Origin: an uncultured Nitrososphaerota archaeon
GTDB taxonomy: Archaea > Thermoproteota > EX4484-205 > JAAOZP01
DNA: 64,000 nucleotides
NCBI GenBank assembly: GCA_964416155.1
Contig: CAYQCW010000001.1
Location: 215,211 to 279,210, forward strand
Direction of reading: 5' to 3'
Each line of letters begins with the position of its first letter. The stretch's first letter is position 1. This document shows, piece by piece, positions 28,603 to 38,713 of the stretch. The translations under genes and the position numbers were made by a program. The notes under the pieces were generated by a model. It ran no database searches, had not been told where the DNA came from, and saw nothing but the letters and a program-made list of their open reading frames with translations.

Positions 28603-29147
28603 TTGAATGTTGAAATAGTTAGCCTCAAAGAAGAAAATCTGGTTGAAGCCCCAGAATTTGAGGAGTATCCTTTCAGCTGCAAGTACTGCATATACTGGGA
28701 GCTTCCGGAAGAGTTCGAAGCCCCTTTTAAGGAGAGTAAGGAAGAACTGATGGTTAAGAAGCTTAATTGGCTAATAAGAGTGAGAAACGTATTCGACGAT
28801 TGTGGAAAGATAATTTACGTGGACAGGAAACCCGTCGGCTACGCACAGTATGCTCCTCCGAAAATGCTTCCACGTTCAGCAGAGTACTCATCGGGACCAT
28901 CCAGTGAGGATGCGGTACTAGTCTCATGCCTCTTCATTGCTCAGAAGGAATACAGGGGGTTGGGGCTTGGGAATCAACTTCTTCAAAGCATAATTGAAGA
29001 CTTAAAAGAGGGGTAAAAGCAGTTGAAACCTTCGCTAGAAAAAATAATCCTAACAATCCGTCTGGCCCGATGGAGTTTTACCTGAAAAACGGGTTCAGGG
29101 TTCTCAGGGATGACCCGGAGTTTCCATTAATGAGACTAGAACTATAG
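28603..29147 (+). pseudogene. GNAT acetyltransferase (YoaP-like) with one frameshift
   Basis: ORF 28603-29016 (GYAQYAP, SCLFI, YRGLGLG) continues in the -1 frame from about 29007 as RGVKAVETFAR...SGPMEFYLKNGF...LMRLEL* to TAG 29147. Confidence 0.8.
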
Positions 29148-29329
29148 GGGCAACAACATTTTCTGCAAGCATACGCCGAATACTTTTTTAGCTTAGCCTT
29201 CAATTTCCAATTTCGGCCTATGGAAAAAGCATGCTTACTCAGGATAAATAAGGTTCGAGCAGCCGGTTTTGAAAAAGGTTTTTAGGTTTAAATGCAGCTT
29301 AGCCAACAACGTAACCGGCGTTAAACCGG

Positions 29330-29536
29330 ATGAGGGTGAGAGTGTTCATACAGAGGCTTCGCGAAAACAAGGTTCTAGATTTGGAAGAGAATAGTAGAGT
29401 TGAAGATCTTCTTAAAACTCTAGGCATAAGCCCGTCTGAAGTGGTCCCGGTTAAAAACGGGGTTATCGTCACTGAGAAGGAGCTTCTAATAGAAGGGGAC
29501 GAGGTTAGGCTGCTTAGCGTCGTCTCAGGTGGTTGA
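29330..29536 (+). CDS. MoaD/ThiS ubiquitin-like sulfur carrier (SAMP/TtuB-like)
   Basis: 68 aa beta-grasp protein ending in VVSGG; directly upstream of TtuA. Confidence 0.92.
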   Translation: MRVRVFIQRLRENKVLDLEENSRVEDLLKTLGISPSEVVPVKNGVIVTEKELLIEGDEVRLLSVVSGG

Positions 29537-29539
29537 AAC

Positions 29540-30478
29540 ATGGCCTGTGAAGACTGCGAGAACAGGGCTGTCTACATTTCTTTGAGTGGAAGAAGCCTCT
29601 GCAGCAAGCATTTTAAAAAGTATTTTGAGAAAAAAGTCATGCGGACAATTAAGAAGCAGGGCTTAATCGAATACGGGGAAAGAGTTCTCGTAGCCTGCTC
29701 AGGAGGCAAGGACAGCACAGCCCTACTAGGCTTCCTCTGGAGACTTATGAAGAATAAGCGTGAAAACATTGCTGCGATAGCTGTCGACGAGGGAATAAGC
29801 GGGTACAGGGATGTGAAGCTCAACGGGCTTGTGGAATTCTGCGAGAAAAACAATATACCTCTGCACACGTACTCGTTCAAGGAGGAGTATGGTTTCACAC
29901 TAGACGAGGCTGTTAAAATATCTAGGGAGAACAGCCTTAAAATAAAGCCATGCTATATTTGCGGAGTCCTCCGGAGGAGTCTGATAAACACTTACGCGAA
30001 GAAGCTTGGCTTCTCGAAGGTTGCTACAGGCCACAATCTGGATGATGAGGCTCAGACGATTCTTATGAACCATCTAAAGGGGAACCCGTCGCTCCTGGCT
30101 AGGCTTGGCCCCAAGACGGGTATTGTTGAAGACGAGGGGTTCGTCCAAAGGGTTAAGCCGTTCTACTTCTGCACTGAGAAGGAAGACGCTATTTACGCGA
30201 TCCTAACAGGTATTGAAGTAGACTTCGTGGAATGCTCTTACCATGTTGAGAACTACAGGCTCGAGATAAGGGACTTCCTGAACAGGCTTGACTCGATTAT
30301 ACCCGGGGTTAAGCACAGCCTTGTAAACAATTTCCTCGAGATGCTTCCGCTCCTGAAAAGGGAATACTCTGCCCGCGGCATAGGGCGGTGCAGGGTTTGC
30401 GAAAGCCCTTCGGCGGGAGAAGTCTGCAGAGCATGCATGGTCGTGGAGAAAATAAAGCCGTTTCTAGCGGGAATTTGA
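29540..30478 (+). CDS. ttuA: tRNA 2-thiouridine synthase TtuA/Ncs6 family
   Basis: N- and C-terminal Zn fingers, SGGKDS PP-loop, PCYICGVLRR and TGHNLDD motifs. Confidence 0.92.
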   Translation: MACEDCENRAVYISLSGRSLCSKHFKKYFEKKVMRTIKKQGLIEYGERVLVACSGGKDSTALLGFLWRLMKNKRENIAAIAVDEGISGYRDVKLNGLVEFCEKNNIPLHTYSFKEEYGFTLDEAVKISRENSLKIKPCYICGVLRRSLINTYAKKLGFSKVATGHNLDDEAQTILMNHLKGNPSLLARLGPKTGIVEDEGFVQRVKPFYFCTEKEDAIYAILTGIEVDFVECSYHVENYRLEIRDFLNRLDSIIPGVKHSLVNNFLEMLPLLKREYSARGIGRCRVCESPSAGEVCRACMVVEKIKPFLAGI

Positions 30479-30481
30479 ACC

Positions 30482-30760
30482 TTGAACCCTGAGGCAGCCC
30501 GGTCTATGTTTATCTTTCCGGAGAACAGGCTTAGGCTCGCGTATCTGCTCAGGAGGAACGGTTTCAAGGTTAGGATGCACGGCTACGAGTATCTGGTTGC
30601 CTACGGCAGCATGTTTCTATGCTTAATACTTCTCCAGCCTTCGGACGGCACTGTCTTAATCAGAGAGTTTAAATGGATAGAGGGATCCGGTAGGCTGGTT
30701 GAGAGAATAGTCGGACTGATTAAAACGCTGGACGCAGCGTCAAGAGTAATAGTATACTAG
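30482..30760 (+). CDS. Hypothetical protein
   Basis: Operonic spacing after ttuA; plausible alpha/beta protein. Confidence 0.6.
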   Translation: MNPEAARSMFIFPENRLRLAYLLRRNGFKVRMHGYEYLVAYGSMFLCLILLQPSDGTVLIREFKWIEGSGRLVERIVGLIKTLDAASRVIVY

Positions 30761-30802
30761 GCAGGCAACCTTTTTAAACCTTGCCTGCAGCTCAAACCCC
30801 AT

Positions 30803-32236
30803 ATGCAGAACCTGGAGAAGCCGATGCTTCTAGACACCACTTTGCGAGAGGGTCTTCAAACCCCTGGAGTATACTTCACGCTCGAGGAGAGGATTACGAT
30901 AATGAGGGAGCTCGACAAGTCCGGCATAGAGCTTATTGAAATAGGATCCCCCTACACTGGTGAGGGCGAGAGAAGGATCGTGACGGAGCTGAGCCGTGTA
31001 GAGACAAGAGCTCTTAAAGCAGCCCATTGCAGGGCTTTAGAGACGGATGTTGATACTGTTCCAGACGGTGTTGACTGGGTAGCTCTCTACCTTTCTCCCG
31101 CCGACAGGCATCTGGAAGCAAAATTTGAAAAAATAGCTGACAAGAGGGGGCTTGTCCTCACCCAAGTTCCAAGGGCCATCAGGTATGCGAAGAACAGGGG
31201 TTACAGGGTGAGGTACACGGCTGAAGACGCTTTCAGAGCAGACCCAGGCTTCCTGAAACAGGTTGTTGAGAAAGCTATTGAGGCGGGTGCTGACTCTATT
31301 AGTCTACCCGATACTTCAGGAGGTGCCTCGCCTACAGATGTTAGAAGAGTCTACGGGGAGATAAGCAGGATTATAAGGGATAAAAACCACCGCAGCCTGA
31401 TGGAAGCCCATTTTCACAACGACATGGGTATGGCTCTCGCGAACACCATAGAGGCCTGGACGAGCGGGGCAAAGATACTCCATGGGTCGATGAATTGGCT
31501 GGGAGAGCGGGCTGGGATACCGGATACGCTCATCCTAGCAACATGGATGAAAATCAAATATGGGTATGAGTATGACTTGGCGAGTCTCACCAGGCTTGCA
31601 GAATATGTGGAGAAGGTTTCAGGGATCAACGTACCTCCGAACAATCCTGTTTCCGGAAGAAACGTTTTCACTCATACTGCGGGCACTCATCAGAAGGCGG
31701 CTTTCAGAGACCCTTTAACATACCAGCCTTTCGACGCGAGCATGGTGGGCAGGGAAAGCAACTTCGCCCTTGGACACATGGTTGGAAGCGAAGGGGTTAA
31801 AGCAGCCTTGAAGAAGAGGGGTGTTAAGATCGACAGGCTTGAGGAGAAAGTGTTCGAAGAGATAAGGGACAGGGTTAAGTCAGCATATCTTCTTCACGGC
31901 AGGGGAGCCTCAGCCATGGAGAACATAATAATAGCGGAAGTGTTGAACAGGACTGGAGTAGTCAAGGTAACTCTTCCGGAGAGCATTTCAGCGCAAATAC
32001 TAATCGATGTTGAGAGCATGGGGGATAAGGATTTCGAGGATTTCTGTAGAGAGCTGCTTGCGAGAAACCGGAGTGTTACTGAGATAATTGAAATATGGGG
32101 CTCATCCTTCGACTATATGGCTATGGTTGACAGTGTTCCAAGTTTGAAAGAACTGGACACTATTGTTAACAGTTTCAGAAGAGCCGAAGGAGTTTTGAAG
32201 ACAGAAACCCTGATAACTGGGAAAAAGATAAGATAA
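30803..32236 (+). CDS. Homocitrate synthase-like enzyme with C-terminal RAM/AsnC regulatory domain
   Basis: DTTLREGLQTPG, HFHNDMG, LGERAGI and FTHTAGTH motifs; C-terminal EIWGSSFDY...GVLKTETLI RAM domain as in crenarchaeal HCS. Confidence 0.8.
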   Translation: MQNLEKPMLLDTTLREGLQTPGVYFTLEERITIMRELDKSGIELIEIGSPYTGEGERRIVTELSRVETRALKAAHCRALETDVDTVPDGVDWVALYLSPADRHLEAKFEKIADKRGLVLTQVPRAIRYAKNRGYRVRYTAEDAFRADPGFLKQVVEKAIEAGADSISLPDTSGGASPTDVRRVYGEISRIIRDKNHRSLMEAHFHNDMGMALANTIEAWTSGAKILHGSMNWLGERAGIPDTLILATWMKIKYGYEYDLASLTRLAEYVEKVSGINVPPNNPVSGRNVFTHTAGTHQKAAFRDPLTYQPFDASMVGRESNFALGHMVGSEGVKAALKKRGVKIDRLEEKVFEEIRDRVKSAYLLHGRGASAMENIIIAEVLNRTGVVKVTLPESISAQILIDVESMGDKDFEDFCRELLARNRSVTEIIEIWGSSFDYMAMVDSVPSLKELDTIVNSFRRAEGVLKTETLITGKKIR

Positions 32237-32852
32237 TGTCTCGAGTCAGAATCATCGACATTACTTGGAAACCTTCAAGCAAGCATCTCCATAAGTGTTT
32301 AGCTCCCATGCCTTCTAGAAAACATAGGAAAGGCTTGAATACTTGAAGGATGCGATTCCAAGAGGCTTTCATAAGAAGATTCTACTGTTTGGCGGTAGTG
32401 TCGCGGGTCAGATAGAATACGCGCCTTCAGAAGCCTCAGGCTACCCTATATCTGGTGAAAACATAGTTGTGGTGAACCGCATACGGGTTTTAAGGAAAGC
32501 CGAGGTTACATGGTTTCGGAAAGCTCATTTTAAACAGCATGATTTAAAGCGAGAAAAAAAGGCTTCAGGGTTCGCAACCATAGGGTTGGAGGGACACTGG
32601 AACCCATGGTTCAGGAGGGAGCACATGGAGCAACCCGGCTTCAAATCCGTTGATTCATCAGGGTTAGGCACGCGGTGAAGCATACTGGGCGACGCTTCAA
32701 AAATACACTTAATGCGGCTTAACTGTCGAGAACGCGAGCCCCCGAAGCGGGATACGCAGAAGCTTCTTAGAGTTGTAAGCTTCTGTCTAGCACATCCTCT
32801 TTACAATCCGGAAGGATTGGGGATCGAAGAAATTTTAAGGTTTAGCTATTGA
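32236..32852 (+). pseudogene. Degraded GNAT acetyltransferase (several frameshifts and an in-frame stop)
   Basis: Fragments in different frames: MSRVRIIDIT..KCLAPMP; YLKDAIPRGFHKKIL...GQIEYAPSEASGYPI; FGKLILNSMI*; SGFATIGLEGHWNPWF; FCLAHPLYNP. Confidence 0.75.
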
Positions 32853-32924
32853 AAGCGTTTTTATTTTGATTCGCAAAACTTATTATGAAAAAGGTTAAAT
32901 CAGACGTTGAACAATCTTCTCAAC

Positions 32925-33419
32925 ATGCTCATCGGTCTGATAAGCGATACCCACGACTATTTGAAGATGATCGAGAAAGCAGTAGCATTCTTCAACGATA
33001 GGAACGTGGATATGGTTCTTCACGCCGGGGACGTCATAAGCCCTTTCACCGCTAGAAAATTTAAGGAGTGTAGGTCAAAGCTTATACTCGTGTACGGGAA
33101 TAACGATGGCGATAGGAGTAATCTTCAAAGAGTCTTCTCGGAAATGGGTGCCCAGTTCTACTGGCCTGCTGCAATACTTGAGCTGGAAGGCAGAAGAGTA
33201 CTTGTCCTACACGGCGAGGACCTGAAGCTCGTCGAGGAAATCGCCACTAGAAACATGTTCGACCTAATAGTCTCGGGACATACTCATGAGCCGAGTGTAA
33301 GTAGAATTGGCGGAACACTCTGGGTTAACCCTGGTGAGACATGTGGATACTTAACTGGAAGATCAACAGTAGCGCTATACGATTCCTCCACCCATGAAGC
33401 AGAAATAGTTGAAGTTTAA
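32925..33419 (+). CDS. YfcE/MJ0936 family metallophosphoesterase
   Basis: ISDTHD, HAGD, GNND, HG, GHTH and NPG motifs. Confidence 0.93.
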   Translation: MLIGLISDTHDYLKMIEKAVAFFNDRNVDMVLHAGDVISPFTARKFKECRSKLILVYGNNDGDRSNLQRVFSEMGAQFYWPAAILELEGRRVLVLHGEDLKLVEEIATRNMFDLIVSGHTHEPSVSRIGGTLWVNPGETCGYLTGRSTVALYDSSTHEAEIVEV

Positions 33420-33460
33420 GGTAAAATTTTATATAAAGGGCCTTAGAATGAGGCTGGGAA

Positions 33461-34723
33461 TTGGGAGAGACCATAGTTCAGAAGCTGTTCAGAAACAGGC
33501 TTGCCAGAGCCGTTAAGCCTGGTGAAATAGTAGTCGTGGACATAGACTTGGCTTACGCTCACGACGGGACAGGGCCTCTGGCGATAGATGCTTTTCACGA
33601 GCTGGGTTCAAAAAGGGTTCACGACCCCTCCAGGATAAGGTTCGTCATAGATCATGCTTCCCCAAGTCCGAACGATGGGGCTTCAAACCTCCAGCTTAAG
33701 CTCCGGGGATTCGCCAAGGAGAACAACATAAAGACGTATGAGGTTGGAGAAGGGATCTGCCACCAGGTTATACCTGAAAACGAGAGTCTTAAGCCAGGCA
33801 TGTTCATAGTTGGTGCTGACTCTCACACCGTAACCCTAGGCGCATTCAGCCTTTTCGCAACAGGAATAGGCTCGACGGACTTCGCGGAAGTAATGACCTC
33901 TGGAAAACTCTGGTTCAAAGTGCCGGAGGCTATGAGGGTCACTTTAAACGGAGGCTTCAAGCCAGGGGTAATGTCTAAGGATTTGATCCTGAGGATAATA
34001 GGAGACGTTGGTGCAGATGGTGCAACCTACATGAGTACAGAGTTTCATGGGGAGGGTGTGAAAACACTGTCAATGGCCAGCAGGATGACGGTTTGCAACA
34101 TGGTCGTCGAGATGGGGGCCAAGAACGGCGTCTTCCCATTGGACGAGGTAACTATGAAGCATGTTGATACGAGTAGTTTAAAAAACAAGAGTGTTTTCAA
34201 GCCTGACGAGGATGCCGAGTATGCTATGAGCCTCAGCTACCGGCTTGACGAGCTTGAACCATTGGTGGCAGCACCCCATAATGTTGACAACGTTAAGCCC
34301 GTTAAGGAGCTTGAGGGGTTGGAGGTGAACCAGGTTTTCATAGGCTCGTGCACCAATGGGAGGGAGGAGGATTTCGAAACAGCTGCGAGAATACTTTCAA
34401 AAAAGGGTGTTAAGAAGGGGGTCAGGTGCATCGCGATACCCGCCTCCAGGAGGGTCTTCCTAAACCTGCTTAGAAACGGGATTATAGACAAGCTTGTTTC
34501 AGCAGGATGCACAGTGACCCATAGCACATGCGGCCCATGCCTAGGAGTCCATTTCGGAATACTCGGGTCGGGGGAGGTGGCTGTCTCAGCCTCCAATAGG
34601 AACTTCAAGGGCAGAATGGGAAACCCTGAGTCAAGCATATACTTGGCAAGCCCAGCGACAGCCGCGGCTTCAGCCGCCGAAGGAGTTATAACAGACCCCA
34701 GGAAGTTTACCGGGGGATGGTAG
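33461..34723 (+). CDS. leuC: Isopropylmalate isomerase/homoaconitase large subunit
   Basis: GICHQ, GADSHT, IGSCTNGR, CGPCLG and SNRNFKGRMG motifs; substrate (Leu vs Lys/TCA) not resolvable from sequence. Confidence 0.9.
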   Translation: MGETIVQKLFRNRLARAVKPGEIVVVDIDLAYAHDGTGPLAIDAFHELGSKRVHDPSRIRFVIDHASPSPNDGASNLQLKLRGFAKENNIKTYEVGEGICHQVIPENESLKPGMFIVGADSHTVTLGAFSLFATGIGSTDFAEVMTSGKLWFKVPEAMRVTLNGGFKPGVMSKDLILRIIGDVGADGATYMSTEFHGEGVKTLSMASRMTVCNMVVEMGAKNGVFPLDEVTMKHVDTSSLKNKSVFKPDEDAEYAMSLSYRLDELEPLVAAPHNVDNVKPVKELEGLEVNQVFIGSCTNGREEDFETAARILSKKGVKKGVRCIAIPASRRVFLNLLRNGIIDKLVSAGCTVTHSTCGPCLGVHFGILGSGEVAVSASNRNFKGRMGNPESSIYLASPATAAASAAEGVITDPRKFTGGW

Positions 34724-34727
34724 GAAG

Positions 34728-35219
34728 ATGATCCTGAGGGGAAGAGTCTGGGTTCTTGGAGACCATATCAATACGGACGTGATAATACCTGCGAAGTACA
34801 AGTTTAGAACAGGAGATTTCAAAGAGCTTGCTAAACATGTTTTCGAAGACCTGAATCCGACTCTAGCATCGAAAATATCTAAGGGAGACATAGTTGTAGC
34901 CGGTAGAAACTTCGGAATGGGTTCAAGTAGGGAACATGCCCCGAGGGTAATTAAGGAAGCGGGAATATCAGCAGTGGTAGCATGCTCCTTCGCCAGGATA
35001 TTTTTCAGAAATTCAATAAACGTTGGGTTACCGGTCATAGAGGTTAAGGACGTTAACAAGTATTTCAAGGAGGGAGATATTGCAGTAATAGACTTTGAAA
35101 AGGGAATAGTTAAAAACGAGACGGCAGGCATTGAACTAAGGTTCTCGCCTTACCCAGAATTCATAATGAACTTGATGAAAGCAGGGGGGCTTGCCGCCTA
35201 TAGGAAGGGTTCCGTTTAA
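34728..35219 (+). CDS. leuD: Isopropylmalate isomerase/homoaconitase small subunit
   Basis: INTDVIIPAKY, NFGMGSSREHA and SFARIFFRN motifs. Confidence 0.9.
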   Translation: MILRGRVWVLGDHINTDVIIPAKYKFRTGDFKELAKHVFEDLNPTLASKISKGDIVVAGRNFGMGSSREHAPRVIKEAGISAVVACSFARIFFRNSINVGLPVIEVKDVNKYFKEGDIAVIDFEKGIVKNETAGIELRFSPYPEFIMNLMKAGGLAAYRKGSV

Positions 35220-35342
35220 GCTACAAACTTTTTAGCGCGCGCTATTGTTGCTGTCTAATACATTAAAAAATAATAAAATAATTAGTAGTATTGAAAAAGG
35301 CAGAGAACGGAAAGCGGCGATAAACGGCAATAACCGCTTAGC

Positions 35343-36383
35343 TTACTTCCTAAGCTTTTCCACCGCCTTCCTAGCTATTTCCCCAGCCATCTGCTGGGTT
35401 GAGGCTGACCCACCGAGGTCGTATGTTACAACCTTGTTTTCAGCTATAACCTCTTCTGTAGCCGAGAAAACCGCTTGAGAAAGATCTTTCTCGCCCAGAT
35501 AGTTGAGCATCCATGCTCCAGCCAGTATCATCGCCGTCGGGTTAACCTTGTTCAGACCCTTGTATTTAGGGGCGCTTCCATGGGCTGGCTCAAACATAGC
35601 ATAATTATCCCCGAAGTTCGCCGAATACACTAGCCCAATGTTTCCTATTAGGGCTGAAGCCTCCTCCGTAAGAATATCCATGAAAAGGTTTGTTCCAACG
35701 ATAACGTTCTGGTTAAACCTCTGCGGGTTCTTTATCAATTGCTGGGCGAAATTGTCTACGAAGTAGCTTTCAACATCTATTCCCGGGTATCCTCCGCTAA
35801 CCTTCATGACTGTTGGGACAAATATTCCTCCATCCGTCAGCTTTAGAATATTAGCCTTGTTGATGACTATTACTTTCCTCCAGCCCCTCAGCCTAGCCTG
35901 TTCGAAGGCGAATCTCGCAACCTTCTCCGAGGCTGTTCTAGATATTTTCCTCAACGCTATTCCCACGTCTTCTGAAACCATGAACTCTATGCCCGCGTAA
36001 AGCCCTTCAGTACCCTCCCTAACGAAAAGCATGTCCACCGGGCCGAGTGGCCCTTCCCGTCCCCTGAAGGTTTTAATCGGCCTAACGTTAGCGTAAAGGT
36101 TGAAAGTCTGCCTAATTGTGACTGCAACACTCTTAGGAGTATGAGGATCCGGCAGTGTTGTCACCGGTGCCTTGTAGCAGGCGTCGCTCTCCCTCAGGGC
36201 TTCCCATGTCTCCTCCGGGAAATATGTTGCTCCACCGTGCTGCTGCCACCATTCCGACCCTGCGTCTCTGACGAGGAACTCTAAACGTTCCGTCGTCCCG
36301 ATCGCGTCCATCACTCTCATAGCTGCCTGGGTCAGCTCCGGACCGGTGCCGTCGCCCCTGATCACGACAACCTTCTTAGCCAA
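35343..36383 (-). CDS. Isocitrate/homoisocitrate/isopropylmalate dehydrogenase
   Basis: [32 protein letters not shown] and FEPAHGSAP motifs. Confidence 0.92.
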   Translation of the reverse strand: MAKKVVVIRGDGTGPELTQAAMRVMDAIGTTERLEFLVRDAGSEWWQQHGGATYFPEETWEALRESDACYKAPVTTLPDPHTPKSVAVTIRQTFNLYANVRPIKTFRGREGPLGPVDMLFVREGTEGLYAGIEFMVSEDVGIALRKISRTASEKVARFAFEQARLRGWRKVIVINKANILKLTDGGIFVPTVMKVSGGYPGIDVESYFVDNFAQQLIKNPQRFNQNVIVGTNLFMDILTEEASALIGNIGLVYSANFGDNYAMFEPAHGSAPKYKGLNKVNPTAMILAGAWMLNYLGEKDLSQAVFSATEEVIAENKVVTYDLGGSASTQQMAGEIARKAVEKLRK

Positions 36384-36438
36384 GCGGATCCCCTATGTTT
36401 AAAAAACACCGGTATAAAAACTTATTTTACGCCTAATT

Positions 36439-36957
36439 CTAGTATACACCGGGCCGCTCAGACACCTCCATGTTTTCAAACATGAATCTTCCCCTGTAGA
36501 GTACAGAAGAATCCTCGAGACTCAACAGTATTAGTTGAGCAACCCTTGCCTCCTCCGCGATCCTTACGCCTTGCTTGTTGAACACGACCATCAGGCCCAT
36601 CCCCCTACCCTTGTAGCCTGGATCCCAGACAGCAGTGTATATGGTTACACCATTCCTGAGCAGGCTCGACCTTGGGAGGAGCAGCCCCAGGTGCCCCGCC
36701 GGAATGTTTACGATCTCATGGTAGGTCACCCTGTAGCTTCCCTGCGGCAGCTCGTAGAAACCCGCTTTAGGAATTATGTTTATACCCTTGGAGAACCTCG
36801 GCTCAGCGCTTATCTCACCCTCCTCGACGAGAACCTGTATTTTCTCCAGCGTGAGGTCAACGCCGGCAGGCTGAACCTGCTCCTCAACGCTTCTCAAACC
36901 CTCTACAACACCCATTTCAACCATTCTTCTACCGGATAAGACTGGCATCAGGATCAT
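36439..36957 (-). CDS. dUTPase/dCTP deaminase family protein
   Basis: QPAGVDL, PRSSLLR, AVWDPGYKG and RVAQL motifs. Confidence 0.9.
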   Translation of the reverse strand: MILMPVLSGRRMVEMGVVEGLRSVEEQVQPAGVDLTLEKIQVLVEEGEISAEPRFSKGINIIPKAGFYELPQGSYRVTYHEIVNIPAGHLGLLLPRSSLLRNGVTIYTAVWDPGYKGRGMGLMVVFNKQGVRIAEEARVAQLILLSLEDSSVLYRGRFMFENMEVSERPGVY

Positions 36958-37786
36958 CCTCCGCCGAAACCCTGTATCCTGCTCCTACGGCGACAGCGTA
37001 CTCAGGCAGCTTAGGCACGATGGGTTTGACGCCGAAGCTTGAAAGAGCCCTCTGAATACTTTTAAGCACAGGCGGCAGCTTCGCAACCCTCCCAACCAGA
37101 ATAACCTTATCCTCAAGCTCGAGCTTTGAGGCAGCGAGAAACGTGACTGAAGCCACAACCTCGCCGACTAGATTAGTTATTCCGGCGGCAAGATCCTCAG
37201 GGCTCGAAGTGTCCCCAACCCTTCCAAGGTTTGAGGCAGTCATCTCAGCGGAGAGTATGCCTATTCCATCGCCAACTATCTCGCCAACAGTCAGGTCGAC
37301 TCTTCGAGGATCCCCCTTCTCAGCCATCTCCACGAGAATGCTTACACTCGAGATCCCGAGCATCTTCCTCGCCAGCCCCAGAAGAGTACCCCCGCCCACG
37401 CCGGTTCCCCCGACATGTCTTATTCTCTTCCCGTTTTCCCTCACCTCTATGAGCGCTGTGCCGGTGCCCATGCTTACGACTAAGGCTTCATCCAACCCGG
37501 TTAACACTATCCCGCCTGTTCCCGCGGCGACGATCTCGTTAACCTTCACTACCCTAAGGCCGAGAATGCTGTCTGGAAGCTGACTGCTCCTGCCGCCAGC
37601 TATCGCTAATACTTCAACATCCTTAAGGGAGCAGCCCATCATGACTATAAGCTTCCCGAGAAGACCTATGGAGGTGGCAAGGGGGTCTGAAGACGGCATT
37701 TCACTCACGCCAAGTATCTCCTTCCCCTTTAAGGCGACGGCTTTCGTAGTCGAGCCTCCGATGTCTATTCCGACAGCGATCTTCAA
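36929..37786 (-). CDS. coaW: Type II (CoaW/fumble-like) pantothenate kinase
   Basis: GIDIGGSTTK, NE, VSMGTG, HVGGTGVGGGTL, GD...VDL.V.EI and TASN.G motifs. Confidence 0.85.
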   Translation of the reverse strand: MKIAVGIDIGGSTTKAVALKGKEILGVSEMPSSDPLATSIGLLGKLIVMMGCSLKDVEVLAIAGGRSSQLPDSILGLRVVKVNEIVAAGTGGIVLTGLDEALVVSMGTGTALIEVRENGKRIRHVGGTGVGGGTLLGLARKMLGISSVSILVEMAEKGDPRRVDLTVGEIVGDGIGILSAEMTASNLGRVGDTSSPEDLAAGITNLVGEVVASVTFLAASKLELEDKVILVGRVAKLPPVLKSIQRALSSFGVKPIVPKLPEYAVAVGAGYRVSAEDDPDASLIR

Positions 37787-37839
37787 ACCTTATACTGGCA
37801 GTGTGAAGACGGTTTTAACCTTTTACGCAGCCCTGTTCC

Positions 37840-38631
37840 TCATCTAACAGGCTTGAGAAAAGGGTAAGCTCTGTATATCAAGTCTAGTATGGGAGGAACC
37901 ACCAGTATGAAAGGGATTTCTGTTCCGAAGACCCATATGAAGAAGTAAAAAGCCAGGGCGAGGTCCGCCTTAACCCCCGTTAAAGGCAGGCCGAACAGCT
38001 GGCTGTAAAACCATATGCCTAAACCTATCCAAGCAGCACCCGCGAGGAGGCCGAGTGTCCCGCCAACATAGTAGTTCAGATAGTCTTTCCTAATCCTGCC
38101 CGCAGTGAAACCCAGCGTGAATACGACTACCCCGAAAATCAGTAGAAGTGTTGAAACCCATCCCATTCCTGTTTCAACCATTCCTGTTGAAACCATGTAT
38201 TCAAAGTATAGAAGAGGGCCGAAGGCTGAGACTGCGAGCAGGATTAAAGGTATGGTTGTCTTTAAACCATTCCAATCCGCTCTGGATCTGCCTATCCTAC
38301 CCAGAATGTAGAACCCTAGAAAGTTGGAGGGTACTCCGGCGATAAGGCTTAGAAGAGGATTAGTCTGCCCAGTAGCGTAGAAAACGTAAAGGTCGCTCAG
38401 GAAGATCCCTATTGCTGCACCCGTTCCCCCTGTTAAAGGGTCGAAAAGCATCGAGAAGATTGCCGGCACGAATACTGAAGGCCAGAACCTCACCACGCCT
38501 ACGACAGGCGTGAAAATCCCAAGGAAGGTGGCGATACCAACTACGGCGTATAGCGCAGCGCAGAGACCTGTTGCAACAACCCTTCTCGCCGCCGATGTCT
38601 GAACACTGTTTCGCGAGCCCATTCTGCCCAC
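37840..38631 (-). CDS. ECF transporter S-component-like membrane protein
   Basis: Multi-TM; ALYAV, VRFWP, G..GAAIG.F.SD patterns. Confidence 0.75.
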   Translation of the reverse strand: MGRMGSRNSVQTSAARRVVATGLCAALYAVVGIATFLGIFTPVVGVVRFWPSVFVPAIFSMLFDPLTGGTGAAIGIFLSDLYVFYATGQTNPLLSLIAGVPSNFLGFYILGRIGRSRADWNGLKTTIPLILLAVSAFGPLLYFEYMVSTGMVETGMGWVSTLLLIFGVVVFTLGFTAGRIRKDYLNYYVGGTLGLLAGAAWIGLGIWFYSQLFGLPLTGVKADLALAFYFFIWVFGTEIPFILVVPPILDLIYRAYPFLKPVR

Positions 38632-38713
38632 CGGTTTTCCGAAGCCTCGTATAAATGTACCGTATTTATTTTATATATTGTAAATAAAAATTCAAAAAGT
38701 ATATATTTTCTCT

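Noticed and set aside
38664-38690. TTTATTT-N10-AAATAAA inverted repeat upstream of phoU
   Set aside because: Lies in very AT-rich divergent promoter DNA; it could be an operator but is not distinguishable from composition.
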